DNA of 64,000 nucleotides. It comes from a virus. The notes under the pieces are model-generated. The model was not told the DNA's origin and did no database searches. It was given only the letters and a program-made list of their open reading frames with translations. The stretch is from the IMG/VR virus record IMGVR_UViG_3300045988_105534; one strand, 5' to 3'. The position numbers were made by a program, and so were the translations under genes. Position 1 is the first letter of the stretch. Each line of letters starts with the position of its first letter. This document shows, piece after piece, positions 43,668-52,427 of this stretch.

Positions 43668-43937
43668 ATGTATGTAAAGATTGGAGACGAAATTGCTTTT
43701 CATCCTGGCGAATGCTTAGAAGAATTTGTTGAATCTTGCAGGATGACTCCTTATCAGCTTGCGAGTAAAATTGGCATGGATGTTGATTATGTTCAAGGGT
43801 TGATTGACGGATTACAAAGTATTACAAAAGAATTTGCAAAAGCAATGGCGGATCATTATGGGTTCGCTGACGATGGGCAGTTCTGGTTAAATTTACAAGA
43901 GACATTTGATAAGAAAGTAGGTGATAGAGATGTTTAA
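43668..43937 (+). CDS. Hypothetical protein (89 aa)
   Basis: Translationally coupled with the upstream gene. Confidence 0.55.
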   Translation: MYVKIGDEIAFHPGECLEEFVESCRMTPYQLASKIGMDVDYVQGLIDGLQSITKEFAKAMADHYGFADDGQFWLNLQETFDKKVGDRDV

Positions 43938-44463
43938 ATTAATAAAACAACCACGTTCTGATAACGATAAATATACTAAATATGATGTTGTGCTTGATAA
44001 AGAGTATACTGTAGAAGAATTTATTGATGCGATTGCAGATGGAAGAAATGGAACGCATGGTCAAATTACAATAAAAAATGATAAAGAAGCCATTGAATCA
44101 TTGGTCTATAATATCGAGAGTATTGATTATAGACATTCTATACTTCAAAATGCTGAAGAAAAAATTAAACAAGTATGGGCAGATGGTAGCTGGTTAAAAA
44201 TTAATTATACTATCTTACTTGAAAACAAAAAGGAAGCACAAAAAGGTTCGCTCAGGTTCATTGTTAAGAAGCCGAATGAGGAAGAATCAGTGGTGGTTAT
44301 TTTTAAGAACAAATCCGATGGCACATATTCATTTGTTAATTTGACAAAAGAGCATATTTGTTCATGTAAATTTAAAACAATTGAGGAAGCCATCCAGGAT
44401 ATGAATGATCGCTTAAGAAAAGGATTGATTGAGTCCTATATTGTGAAAGGAGAAAGAAAATAA
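43921..44463 (+). CDS. Hypothetical protein (180 aa)
   Basis: GTAGGTGA Shine-Dalgarno; overlaps the upstream gene end. Confidence 0.55.
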   Translation: MIEMFKLIKQPRSDNDKYTKYDVVLDKEYTVEEFIDAIADGRNGTHGQITIKNDKEAIESLVYNIESIDYRHSILQNAEEKIKQVWADGSWLKINYTILLENKKEAQKGSLRFIVKKPNEEESVVVIFKNKSDGTYSFVNLTKEHICSCKFKTIEEAIQDMNDRLRKGLIESYIVKGERK

Positions 44464-44801
44464 TGGATATACATATTGGAGATTTTTGGCAGAGTAAATG
44501 TAATCCAAAAGTAATTCAACATGTAGTTAATTTTTCATTTAGAATGGGTGGAGTCCCAAGTAGTAAAGATATGCTACTGGTCTGTGAAGAATTTCATTAT
44601 ACAAAGATAGGTGAGAATCCTGCCTCTGTCAAAGAAGATTCCAGATTCTTTTCACATATTACAGTGGATAATTTTAAAAAGATGAATCAATGTATTCTAA
44701 GTGCTGAGAGGATTATGAAAGATACTCAGGCATTTAAAACAGATAAAGATATTTTGGATTATTTAACGAAGAAAGTGGAGGAGAAATTAAATGCAAAATA
44801 A
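44463..44801 (+). CDS. Hypothetical protein (112 aa)
   Basis: AAAGGAGAAAG Shine-Dalgarno. Confidence 0.55.
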   Translation: MDIHIGDFWQSKCNPKVIQHVVNFSFRMGGVPSSKDMLLVCEEFHYTKIGENPASVKEDSRFFSHITVDNFKKMNQCILSAERIMKDTQAFKTDKDILDYLTKKVEEKLNAK

Positions 44802-45264
44802 TATATTTCAGATTTATTTGGCTGGCGGTATGCAGGATTTATCATTTGAAGAGCAGAATACTTGGAGAGAAAGAATTTGCAATCAAATTATTGCTATGCG
44901 TAGAATACTTAATGTTAATATGAAAGAAGTCAACATTATTAACCCCGTTGATTATTACAATTTTCAAACAGAGTTACATGATACAGAAAAAGAAGTAATG
45001 AGATTTGATACAAATTTTGTTAGAAATAGTGATCTTGTTGTGGTAAATGCGAATGATCCGAAGAGCATTGGTACATCTATGGAGATTGCAATTGCATATG
45101 AACGTCATATTCCTGTACTGATTTTGAATACAGAAAAGAAAAGATTGCATGCTTGGTGGGTGCAAATGTCTGACAAGATATTTGACGATGAGAAAAAATT
45201 ATGTACATATATATATGACTTTTATCTCAGGATGAATCATAGTAGTATTCGAGCATGGGTGTAA
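44791..45264 (+). CDS. Nucleoside 2-deoxyribosyltransferase-fold protein (NDT / dNMP N-hydrolase-like)
   Basis: IYLAGGM near the N-terminus; SDLVVVN ... GTSMEIAIAYERHIPVL carries the catalytic Glu in a GT-x-x-E context typical of the NDT/Rcl fold. Confidence 0.55.
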   Translation: MQNNIFQIYLAGGMQDLSFEEQNTWRERICNQIIAMRRILNVNMKEVNIINPVDYYNFQTELHDTEKEVMRFDTNFVRNSDLVVVNANDPKSIGTSMEIAIAYERHIPVLILNTEKKRLHAWWVQMSDKIFDDEKKLCTYIYDFYLRMNHSSIRAWV

Positions 45265-45425
45265 ATGCAATGATATAAAATAGGAATTTGAGGCAAAATG
45301 AAAGGAGTTGAAGTACTATCACAGCAGAAAAACAAGGCAAGTTTATTATTTTCCATCTGGATGATGGTAAAACTTGTAAATATGATTTATCAAATGGTGA
45401 TTGCTATGGCAAGAGCGGCAAGAAA

Positions 45426-46460
45426 GTGAAAGCTTTGAACAATATTCTGTCTGGACATTCAGCTGATGAATTGGATAAATTGTTTGTGTCCGATCCACAT
45501 TATGCAGAGTTTCTAAAATATGTAAATTGGCGAAGAAATTGTGAAATGGGAAGAACTACATGGGGCTTCATTGATTATAATTTAGGAACTTTGTTTGAAT
45601 ATGCAAATAAGTATTCTATGTGCGAGCAGTTCTTTGCTATAGGTTTTACACACAAACAAGTCACAGAAGATTTTAAATATTCAATTAATGAAGTACCAAA
45701 ATGGTTGAGAAATTATTGTCTTGGTGTGAAGAATAGACGATTGTTAAGTAATGATTTTGTTGATTTTTATAAGATGTATCCAGATTATGTACAAACGATT
45801 TTACAGACAGAGTATATGACATTAACTAAAGAATATTTAATAAATTTCTTTGAGGATAATCATAGATATCGTTTTACGAAAATTTTGGAGGCTTTAAATC
45901 AGGATTATGGCTATAATCTTGTAGATGTGTTTGTTTATATAGATAGAATAATTACATTTGAAGCTGCTACCAATAGTATAAATTGGTTACTCGGAGAATT
46001 GCGTGATTATGCCCGTATGATGGACGCAATCAGTCATAAATTTGATAGATATCCAAGACATTTCAAAACAACAATGGATATTGTCACAAGAAATTACAAA
46101 AGATTACAAAAAGAATTTTCGGAAGAAGTCTTTAAGAGCCGTATTAATAAAGAATACGAATTTACATATAAAGGACTGAGATTCTTTTATCCAGACTCCA
46201 CTCAAGACATTAAAGACGAAGCGGTGCAGCAAAATAATTGTGTGGCAAGTTACATAGATCGAGTCATTGATGGCGAATGCCATATCATGTTTTTGAGAAA
46301 CGCAAAAGAACCAAACAAATCCTTAGTGACGATTGAAATACAAAATGGACGAATCGTACAAGCACTGCAAAGATTCAATGATCCTCTAACTGCCGATCAA
46401 CAAGAAGCGGTCGATGCATGGAATGAACATTTTAGTAAGAAAGGTAAGGTGGCAGCATGA
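45426..46460 (+). CDS. Hypothetical protein (344 aa; GTG start)
   Basis: Long ORF with a weak Shine-Dalgarno; start uncertain. Confidence 0.5.
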   Translation: MKALNNILSGHSADELDKLFVSDPHYAEFLKYVNWRRNCEMGRTTWGFIDYNLGTLFEYANKYSMCEQFFAIGFTHKQVTEDFKYSINEVPKWLRNYCLGVKNRRLLSNDFVDFYKMYPDYVQTILQTEYMTLTKEYLINFFEDNHRYRFTKILEALNQDYGYNLVDVFVYIDRIITFEAATNSINWLLGELRDYARMMDAISHKFDRYPRHFKTTMDIVTRNYKRLQKEFSEEVFKSRINKEYEFTYKGLRFFYPDSTQDIKDEAVQQNNCVASYIDRVIDGECHIMFLRNAKEPNKSLVTIEIQNGRIVQALQRFNDPLTADQQEAVDAWNEHFSKKGKVAA

Positions 46461-46993
46461 TTAATATTAATGAATTGACTATAGATCATAAGATTAAATT
46501 AAAGAAGCCAATGGGATGCTTTGATAATCTTGGAGAGGTATGCGAGATTGTTAAGATTGATATAGATGAAAATGTTATTAATTTTAGATTTGGTGTAGAT
46601 GGAGTACATCTTGGCGTGATGTCAGGAGATGAATTGGAAAAATATTTTGATGTCATTGAACCAGCTGTTGTACCAGATGATTATGATTGGCATCCATATG
46701 GGTTTATTGACGGATATCAGGTTGAATATCGGGCGGATGTCAATGGAGGAATTCATATGAGCATTGGTTATAATGGATCAATTATTTCAGTTTCATATAA
46801 CCATCCAGAAATTGGATATCGTACAATTCAAAATGGACAGCAGGGTAAATTTTATGAAAATGATTTAAAGGTTGCATTTTTCAAATTACAGAAATCATAT
46901 TATGAGCAATTATATAAAGATGTTCGCTATGAAGTTGAATCTGAGTATTTTGCTAAGAGAGACGAATGTGGTCTTGAGCTTAATGAATGGTAG
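46457..46993 (+). CDS. Hypothetical protein (178 aa)
   Basis: AAAGGTAAGGTGG Shine-Dalgarno; coupled to the upstream gene. Confidence 0.6.
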   Translation: MININELTIDHKIKLKKPMGCFDNLGEVCEIVKIDIDENVINFRFGVDGVHLGVMSGDELEKYFDVIEPAVVPDDYDWHPYGFIDGYQVEYRADVNGGIHMSIGYNGSIISVSYNHPEIGYRTIQNGQQGKFYENDLKVAFFKLQKSYYEQLYKDVRYEVESEYFAKRDECGLELNEW

Positions 46994-47001
46994 AAGTAAC
47001 T

Positions 47002-47220
47002 ATGAAGGATGTAAAATTGATAATCCAATTAGCAAGTATTCTCATAGCATGTGTCGTTTATGTTGGAATATGGTGCTGGATTTATGACAATCGAGATGAA
47101 TACTTATATATATCATATCCAAAATGGATTCCTGGAAGATTCTTGAGTATGTTCTCTCAAATATGGTGTGTTATACATATTGTTGGTGCTATAGGTGTAA
47201 TTATATGGGCTTGGTGTTAG
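47002..47220 (+). CDS. Small membrane protein (72 aa)
   Basis: Two transmembrane helices; ATG five codons after the track GTG. Confidence 0.5.
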   Translation: MKDVKLIIQLASILIACVVYVGIWCWIYDNRDEYLYISYPKWIPGRFLSMFSQIWCVIHIVGAIGVIIWAWC

Positions 47221-47236
47221 AAAAAGGTGATGTAAA

Positions 47237-47635
47237 ATGTGCGATTTTAAGGTTGGAGATAAGGTGTATTTTGCTTGGTATGATGAACCATATACTGTTA
47301 AGTCTGGAATCATTACGGAGATTAAATGTCTTGGCAATCTAATATATATAATGATACAAGACAGTATAACGCATGGTTTATATATGGTTCTTTTAGAAGA
47401 GATATATCGCACTGAATCAGACATAAAAGCGGTTCTAAAACGAGAGTTTTATGGCAAGGTAAATGAGGTTAAAAAAGACATTCATACCTTAGAAGATTTG
47501 CTGAAATTTATGTATGACAATGATCTCACAAATTGGTCATCACCACATATAAATGGTTGGCAGACAGATTGGGTAAGTCGTGTTGCAGCACGAGAACTGG
47601 CAAAAGAAATTTGCGGTATTGAGTTAGGAGAGTAA
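47237..47635 (+). CDS. Hypothetical protein (132 aa)
   Basis: AAAAGGTGATG Shine-Dalgarno. Confidence 0.6.
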   Translation: MCDFKVGDKVYFAWYDEPYTVKSGIITEIKCLGNLIYIMIQDSITHGLYMVLLEEIYRTESDIKAVLKREFYGKVNEVKKDIHTLEDLLKFMYDNDLTNWSSPHINGWQTDWVSRVAARELAKEICGIELGE

Positions 47636-47641
47636 ATTCTT

Positions 47642-48046
47642 ATGAATAAACTTTATCAAGACAATGGAATGTATTGTCGAGCACAAAACCAATGTGATAA
47701 TAAATGGTTTGTCGGAACATATATCGGCAATGAGTGGTTGTTATTCCCAAGAACAGATAATACTGCTGTGTACGGATGTCAAATTAATCCAGAGTCTATC
47801 TGTAGATCAACAGGCAGAGAAAATGAGTTTGAATATGATGTAGTACAGTTGGTCGACGATGACGAAGACGTATATTTGATTATTTATAATGATGAAGATT
47901 TGGCGTGGCAGATGTTATCTGTTTATGGTTCTGATATGATTGACTTAGGAGAAATCAAGCCCAGTCAATATGTTAAACTTGGCAATATCAAAGAAGATGA
48001 TTATTGGAGAAAGGAATGGGAAAGACAGAGTGAAGAAAGAAAATAA
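47642..48046 (+). CDS. Hypothetical protein (134 aa)
   Basis: TAGGAGAG Shine-Dalgarno. Confidence 0.6.
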   Translation: MNKLYQDNGMYCRAQNQCDNKWFVGTYIGNEWLLFPRTDNTAVYGCQINPESICRSTGRENEFEYDVVQLVDDDEDVYLIIYNDEDLAWQMLSVYGSDMIDLGEIKPSQYVKLGNIKEDDYWRKEWERQSEERK

Positions 48047-48257
48047 GCAATATACACCTGAAGAAATTTTAAATGCATTGCATGTAATTCAGGATACATG
48101 TGAGTATTATCTTCATGGCAATGATGAAGATTGCAAAAAATGCCCATTATGTACAATGACAGGGAGAGCGCCAAGTTGCACAATTAGAGATTCTGATCCT
48201 TATGTTTGGGAGATTGATGACAATCCAGATACTACGTGGCGAGCATTTAAGAAGTAG
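47997..48257 (+). CDS. Cys-rich small protein, tandem paralog A (start uncertain)
   Basis: YTPEEILNALHVIQDTCEYY...C..C parallels the next gene; overlaps the upstream ORF end. Confidence 0.4.
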   Translation: MIIGERNGKDRVKKENKQYTPEEILNALHVIQDTCEYYLHGNDEDCKKCPLCTMTGRAPSCTIRDSDPYVWEIDDNPDTTWRAFKK

Positions 48258-48270
48258 GAGATGAAGATTT

Positions 48271-48507
48271 ATGGATGAGAAAAATTATGGAGAGTATACA
48301 AAGGAAGAAGTGGCTGTTGCACTAAAAACAATTCAAGATATTTGTGATTTTAATGGAGATAGTTGTGGTTGTAATATCACATGTCCATTTTTAGAATTAC
48401 TGGATGGAGGAACTAGGCAAATATGTCATATCTCCTATAATTATCCTGATAACTGGAAATTAAACAAATTTCCATCTGAGCAATGGGAGCCTTTCTACAA
48501 GGGATAA
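48271..48507 (+). CDS. Cys-rich small protein, tandem paralog B (78 aa)
   Basis: YTKEEVAVALKTIQDICDFNGDSCGCNITCPF; GTAGGAGATGA Shine-Dalgarno. Confidence 0.55.
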   Translation: MDEKNYGEYTKEEVAVALKTIQDICDFNGDSCGCNITCPFLELLDGGTRQICHISYNYPDNWKLNKFPSEQWEPFYKG

Positions 48508-48537
48508 TTACATAAACACAAGTAAATAAAGGAGTAA

Positions 48538-49080
48538 ATGTCGTTGAAATTAAATGACGAACAGAGAAAATTAGTAGAACAAAATCATAATTTGATTTAC
48601 TCTGCTATGACAAAATGCGGTATCCGCAGACAAGATTTTGATGACTATTATGGATTCGCTGCTATTGGGTTGTGTAAGGCAGCAATTGATTATGATAAAA
48701 CACGATCTAAATCATTTTCGACATATGCGTATTTATGTATACAAAATGAAATAACGGTATATAACAAATACAGATTTCGGCAGAGAAGAAAGGGTGATAT
48801 GAATACTATTTCATATAATCATATGTTAGATGATTGGGATGAAGACAAAAATGAAAATTCATTTCTTTTAAAGGATGAAGAAAATTTTGAAAAAAATATT
48901 ATTTTTAAGTTGAATTTTCAAGATAAATGTTACACACTAAATAATAAGGACAGAATGATTGTTGATTTAAAATCAAAAGGTTATACATATCAAGAAATTG
49001 CAAAAATGTTTGGTACATCATTTCAAGCGATACAACAAAAGATTAAAAAAATGCGATCAACAACATTTTCCAGATTATAA
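48538..49080 (+). CDS. Sigma-70 family RNA polymerase sigma factor (phage-encoded), paralog 2
   Basis: MSLKLNDEQRKLVEQNHNLIY; region 2-like FSTYAYLCIQNEI; C-terminal HTH YTYQEIAKMFGTSFQAIQQKI. Confidence 0.8.
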   Translation: MSLKLNDEQRKLVEQNHNLIYSAMTKCGIRRQDFDDYYGFAAIGLCKAAIDYDKTRSKSFSTYAYLCIQNEITVYNKYRFRQRRKGDMNTISYNHMLDDWDEDKNENSFLLKDEENFEKNIIFKLNFQDKCYTLNNKDRMIVDLKSKGYTYQEIAKMFGTSFQAIQQKIKKMRSTTFSRL

Positions 49081-49116
49081 AAGTTGAATAACGCAAACAA
49101 CTTTTATTATTTTTTT
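49081..49116 (+). terminator. Rho-independent terminator after the sigma gene
   Basis: AAGTTG-aataacgcaaa-CAACTT followed by TTATTATTTTTTT. Confidence 0.65.
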
Positions 49117-49291
49117 GACGCATTTGTTATAAACGTAATAGAACGATTATAACAATATAAGCCGATCAGATAAAATTATTTTTTGTTCCTGTTGACTTTG
49201 GCAGAGTTGACAGTGGATATAAATTGATGACTTATTTACAAACTAAAAACTAACTAAACAAATTTAATAACAAGAGGAGGAATTCTATTTA

Positions 49292-50536
49292 ATGAATTTT
49301 GAAATGACAGGGAAACTCAGCATTAGCAAGGACACAGAAAAATTTCACCCTTACAGTGAGACAAAATATGAAAAGTCAGGCTGGGTACGAAGAAGACTGT
49401 TATTTAATGTGACATGCGGTGACAGTAGACATATGTTAACTGTTGATGCAGGAAGTTTCGAAGATGGACACGGTGATGTCTATACATATTCCAAACCAGA
49501 ATACGACCCAAGTGGTAAGAAAATCAAAGATGGAGAAAAAATTCAGATTCCTTTTAAAGACAGATTAACATCTCCAAAACTGGAAGAAGTATCAGATTTC
49601 AGAAAATTTGTTTTTGATTTAGAAAAACCAGGAAGAAGATACAAATTAAAAAATGCTTTAGAAAAAATCAAAGAAGGTAAAGATCTTACAGATAAAGATC
49701 TTGCAGAAGTTGGATTAACATCTGTAGACGAACTTGAAAAAGAGTATGAGAAGAGTAAGAAGAGACATCATGAATTTATTTCTGAATGGGATTACGTAGA
49801 ATTCATCAAAAAAGTCATTGATAGTGGCAAATATGATGACTGTAACTTCCATATTAGAGGACGTGGAGATTATTCATATTCTGATGACAAAGAAAGATTT
49901 TATGAGAATCTGATCCCTAACAGAATTTATCTCGCAGCAGATGATGATGAACCATATTCTACAGCAACAATGAGTTTTGTATTTGGAGTTGATAGCTTAG
50001 ACGAAACAAGTGTTGAGGAAGACGGTAAATATTACGTTAATGGATTTGTCTTTGAATACATCCAGAGCAGAAAGAAAAAATTAGCCGTTCCAACAACAGT
50101 TGTTATTCCAGTTCCTGATAAAGAAAAAGACGAAAGCGGATACAAGAAGGCTAATGGCTTAAAGAGAAAATTCATTGTCGACGATGAAGACAAATACATG
50201 GAATACGGCATTGTCGTAGATATGATCAATGGTTCTCAGCGTGTAGAACTTACAGAGGACATGCTCTCAGAAGAACAGAGAGATGATCTTGAATGTGGAA
50301 TCATTACTATGGAAGAGATTCAAAAAGCGATTGGTGGAAGTGCTTATGGAGATAAGGTCAAAGAGTATCAGTTAATTAAGCCATCACGCAACGGTATTAA
50401 AGAGGGCGTTCAGGACACGGTTTATACAGCAGAAGATATGGAAGTACCTGCATTAGAGATTGACGAGAACGAAGATTTATTCTCAGAAGAATCAATCGAT
50501 AATGATAATGATGACGATGATGACTTATTCGATTAG
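49292..50536 (+). CDS. Hypothetical protein (414 aa) with SSB-like acidic C-terminal tail
   Basis: AAGAGGAGGAA Shine-Dalgarno. C-terminus DNDNDDDDDLFD resembles the SSB DDDIPF tail. N-terminus MNFEMTGKLSI is weakly OB-fold-like. Confidence 0.6.
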   Translation: MNFEMTGKLSISKDTEKFHPYSETKYEKSGWVRRRLLFNVTCGDSRHMLTVDAGSFEDGHGDVYTYSKPEYDPSGKKIKDGEKIQIPFKDRLTSPKLEEVSDFRKFVFDLEKPGRRYKLKNALEKIKEGKDLTDKDLAEVGLTSVDELEKEYEKSKKRHHEFISEWDYVEFIKKVIDSGKYDDCNFHIRGRGDYSYSDDKERFYENLIPNRIYLAADDDEPYSTATMSFVFGVDSLDETSVEEDGKYYVNGFVFEYIQSRKKKLAVPTTVVIPVPDKEKDESGYKKANGLKRKFIVDDEDKYMEYGIVVDMINGSQRVELTEDMLSEEQRDDLECGIITMEEIQKAIGGSAYGDKVKEYQLIKPSRNGIKEGVQDTVYTAEDMEVPALEIDENEDLFSEESIDNDNDDDDDLFD

Positions 50537-50614
50537 AGTTTAGAGCTTTTAGCTCTTTACTCGCTTGATGATTTATAAAACAAAATACTGTCTTTAAAAG
50601 GAGAAATTATACAT

Positions 50615-51823
50615 ATGGAATTACCAGTAATTAACGAAATTAAACCAGATATTAAAAACCTGTCAATCTATCTTAGATCAATTAAAAAGTTCGGAAAAAC
50701 TACATTGTTCAGAGATGTAATTGTTGCAAAATATGGAGATCCGTCATATGGACTTCTCGTACAGTGCGGATTCGAAAAAGGAACAAGGATGTTAGATAAT
50801 ATTAACACTCTGCGTATTACTTCATATGAAGATGCGGTAGAGTTAAAAGAATACTTAATTAACAAAAGAGTATTCAAAAGAGATAAGTCTGGCAAAATTG
50901 TTCGCAATGAAAAGAGAAAACCAGAATATGTTCCAGTAAAACACAATATTCAGATGGTTTGTTTTGATACCGTTGATGAAATTTGTCCATTATTTGAAGA
51001 AGAGACAATCAGGATCAGCAATAAAGAAGGACAGAAAAAGTGCAAAACTATCAACGCTGCTATGGGTGGCTATCAGGCAGGACAGAGATATACAGCAGAC
51101 ATGATCAAAGCTTACATGAGTGATATCGAAGATGCTGGCATTGGTGTTTGGGGAATTGCTCATACAAAATTCAAAACTATCAGAGAAAAAGGTGGCTTAG
51201 AAGAAGACGGATACCAGCAGTTAACATCCAATCTTGTAAGTGCTTATGAATCTGCTTTTGGTGATATCTTTGATGTAACTTTCACTGGTGTAATTGACAG
51301 AAATGTTGAAGTCAGAGGTGAAGGTGATAAAGCTAAGAGATATGCTACAGATGAAATTAGAAAACTTTATTTCCGTGGAACAACATTAATTGACGCTGGT
51401 GGTAGATTTGCTTCTGATGCAGTTCCTGAATATATGGTATTTGACAAAGGAAATATGGGAGAAGATTTCATTGAAGTGGTAGAAGACGGAATGGAGAAAT
51501 CTAAAACAGTTCTTTCTAAAAAAACTAAAAAGCCAACTCCTCAGCCAGAGCCAGAAGATGAGATCGAGGAAGACATCGATGATGTTATTGAAGACGATAT
51601 TACAGAAGCTGACGAAGATTTAATGGAAGATATCGTTGATGATATTGATGAAGATACATCAGACGATTATCCAGAAGATTTAAGAGAACATGTAAAAGAG
51701 TTATGTAAAACTTGTGAAGACGCAGAATTAAAAACAAAAGTCAAAGGAATCATTAAGCAGTATGGAAAACTTAGTGAAGTCGACGATGATGGGTTAAAAG
51801 AAATGTATGATCTGCTGAAATAG
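50615..51823 (+). CDS. Hypothetical protein (402 aa) with degenerate P-loop-like motif and very acidic C-terminal region
   Basis: IKKFGKTTLF ... MVCFDTVDE could be deviant Walker A/B; 60-aa D/E-rich tail. Confidence 0.6.
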   Translation: MELPVINEIKPDIKNLSIYLRSIKKFGKTTLFRDVIVAKYGDPSYGLLVQCGFEKGTRMLDNINTLRITSYEDAVELKEYLINKRVFKRDKSGKIVRNEKRKPEYVPVKHNIQMVCFDTVDEICPLFEEETIRISNKEGQKKCKTINAAMGGYQAGQRYTADMIKAYMSDIEDAGIGVWGIAHTKFKTIREKGGLEEDGYQQLTSNLVSAYESAFGDIFDVTFTGVIDRNVEVRGEGDKAKRYATDEIRKLYFRGTTLIDAGGRFASDAVPEYMVFDKGNMGEDFIEVVEDGMEKSKTVLSKKTKKPTPQPEPEDEIEEDIDDVIEDDITEADEDLMEDIVDDIDEDTSDDYPEDLREHVKELCKTCEDAELKTKVKGIIKQYGKLSEVDDDGLKEMYDLLK

Positions 51824-51834
51824 GAGTCTGAGCA

Positions 51835-52371
51835 ATGCTTGTAAAATGTAGAATTTGCGGCAAAAAAGTAGACAGAAACGAAGCTTTTAAAGTAGCAGTA
51901 GAAGGTAAACCAAATGCCTACTACTGCTCAGAAGCTGAGTATAACAAAATGATGGAGAACCGCAAAAATAGAAATGATACATATTATTGTATTTATGATA
52001 TTTTCGGCTATACGGTAACGAACACTGTATTAAATAAGGAAGTAAATGCTCTTGGCAAGATTTACGGATTTAAGCTGATATTAGAATACTTGCATGACAA
52101 TCAAGAATATTTAACAAGAATTGTTGGGAGAGAATACAATAGCGAATTTGCTAAGATTAAATATTTTTCAGCAATTTTAAAAAATAGTCTGGTTGATTAT
52201 AGGGACTCAGACGATGGAGTTCCACAGAGACAACAGGCTATTGTTAAACATCATATTGTAAGCAAGCAGATCAATGAAAATATCGGAGCTGAAAAAACTA
52301 AATACAAGAAGAAAAAGAAATCTCGTAGATGTATTAACGATATTTTGACGGAAGTTGGTGAGAAAGAATAG
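51835..52371 (+). CDS. Hypothetical protein with N-terminal zinc ribbon (178 aa)
   Basis: CRICGKK...YYC; position upstream of the helicase suggests a loader-type accessory protein (inference only). Confidence 0.55.
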   Translation: MLVKCRICGKKVDRNEAFKVAVEGKPNAYYCSEAEYNKMMENRKNRNDTYYCIYDIFGYTVTNTVLNKEVNALGKIYGFKLILEYLHDNQEYLTRIVGREYNSEFAKIKYFSAILKNSLVDYRDSDDGVPQRQQAIVKHHIVSKQINENIGAEKTKYKKKKKSRRCINDILTEVGEKE

Positions 52372-52427
52372 CAGATTTTGTTGCAGGAGTTAAAGACAAA
52401 TATCCGTCAAAATTATTAAAAGGTCGT

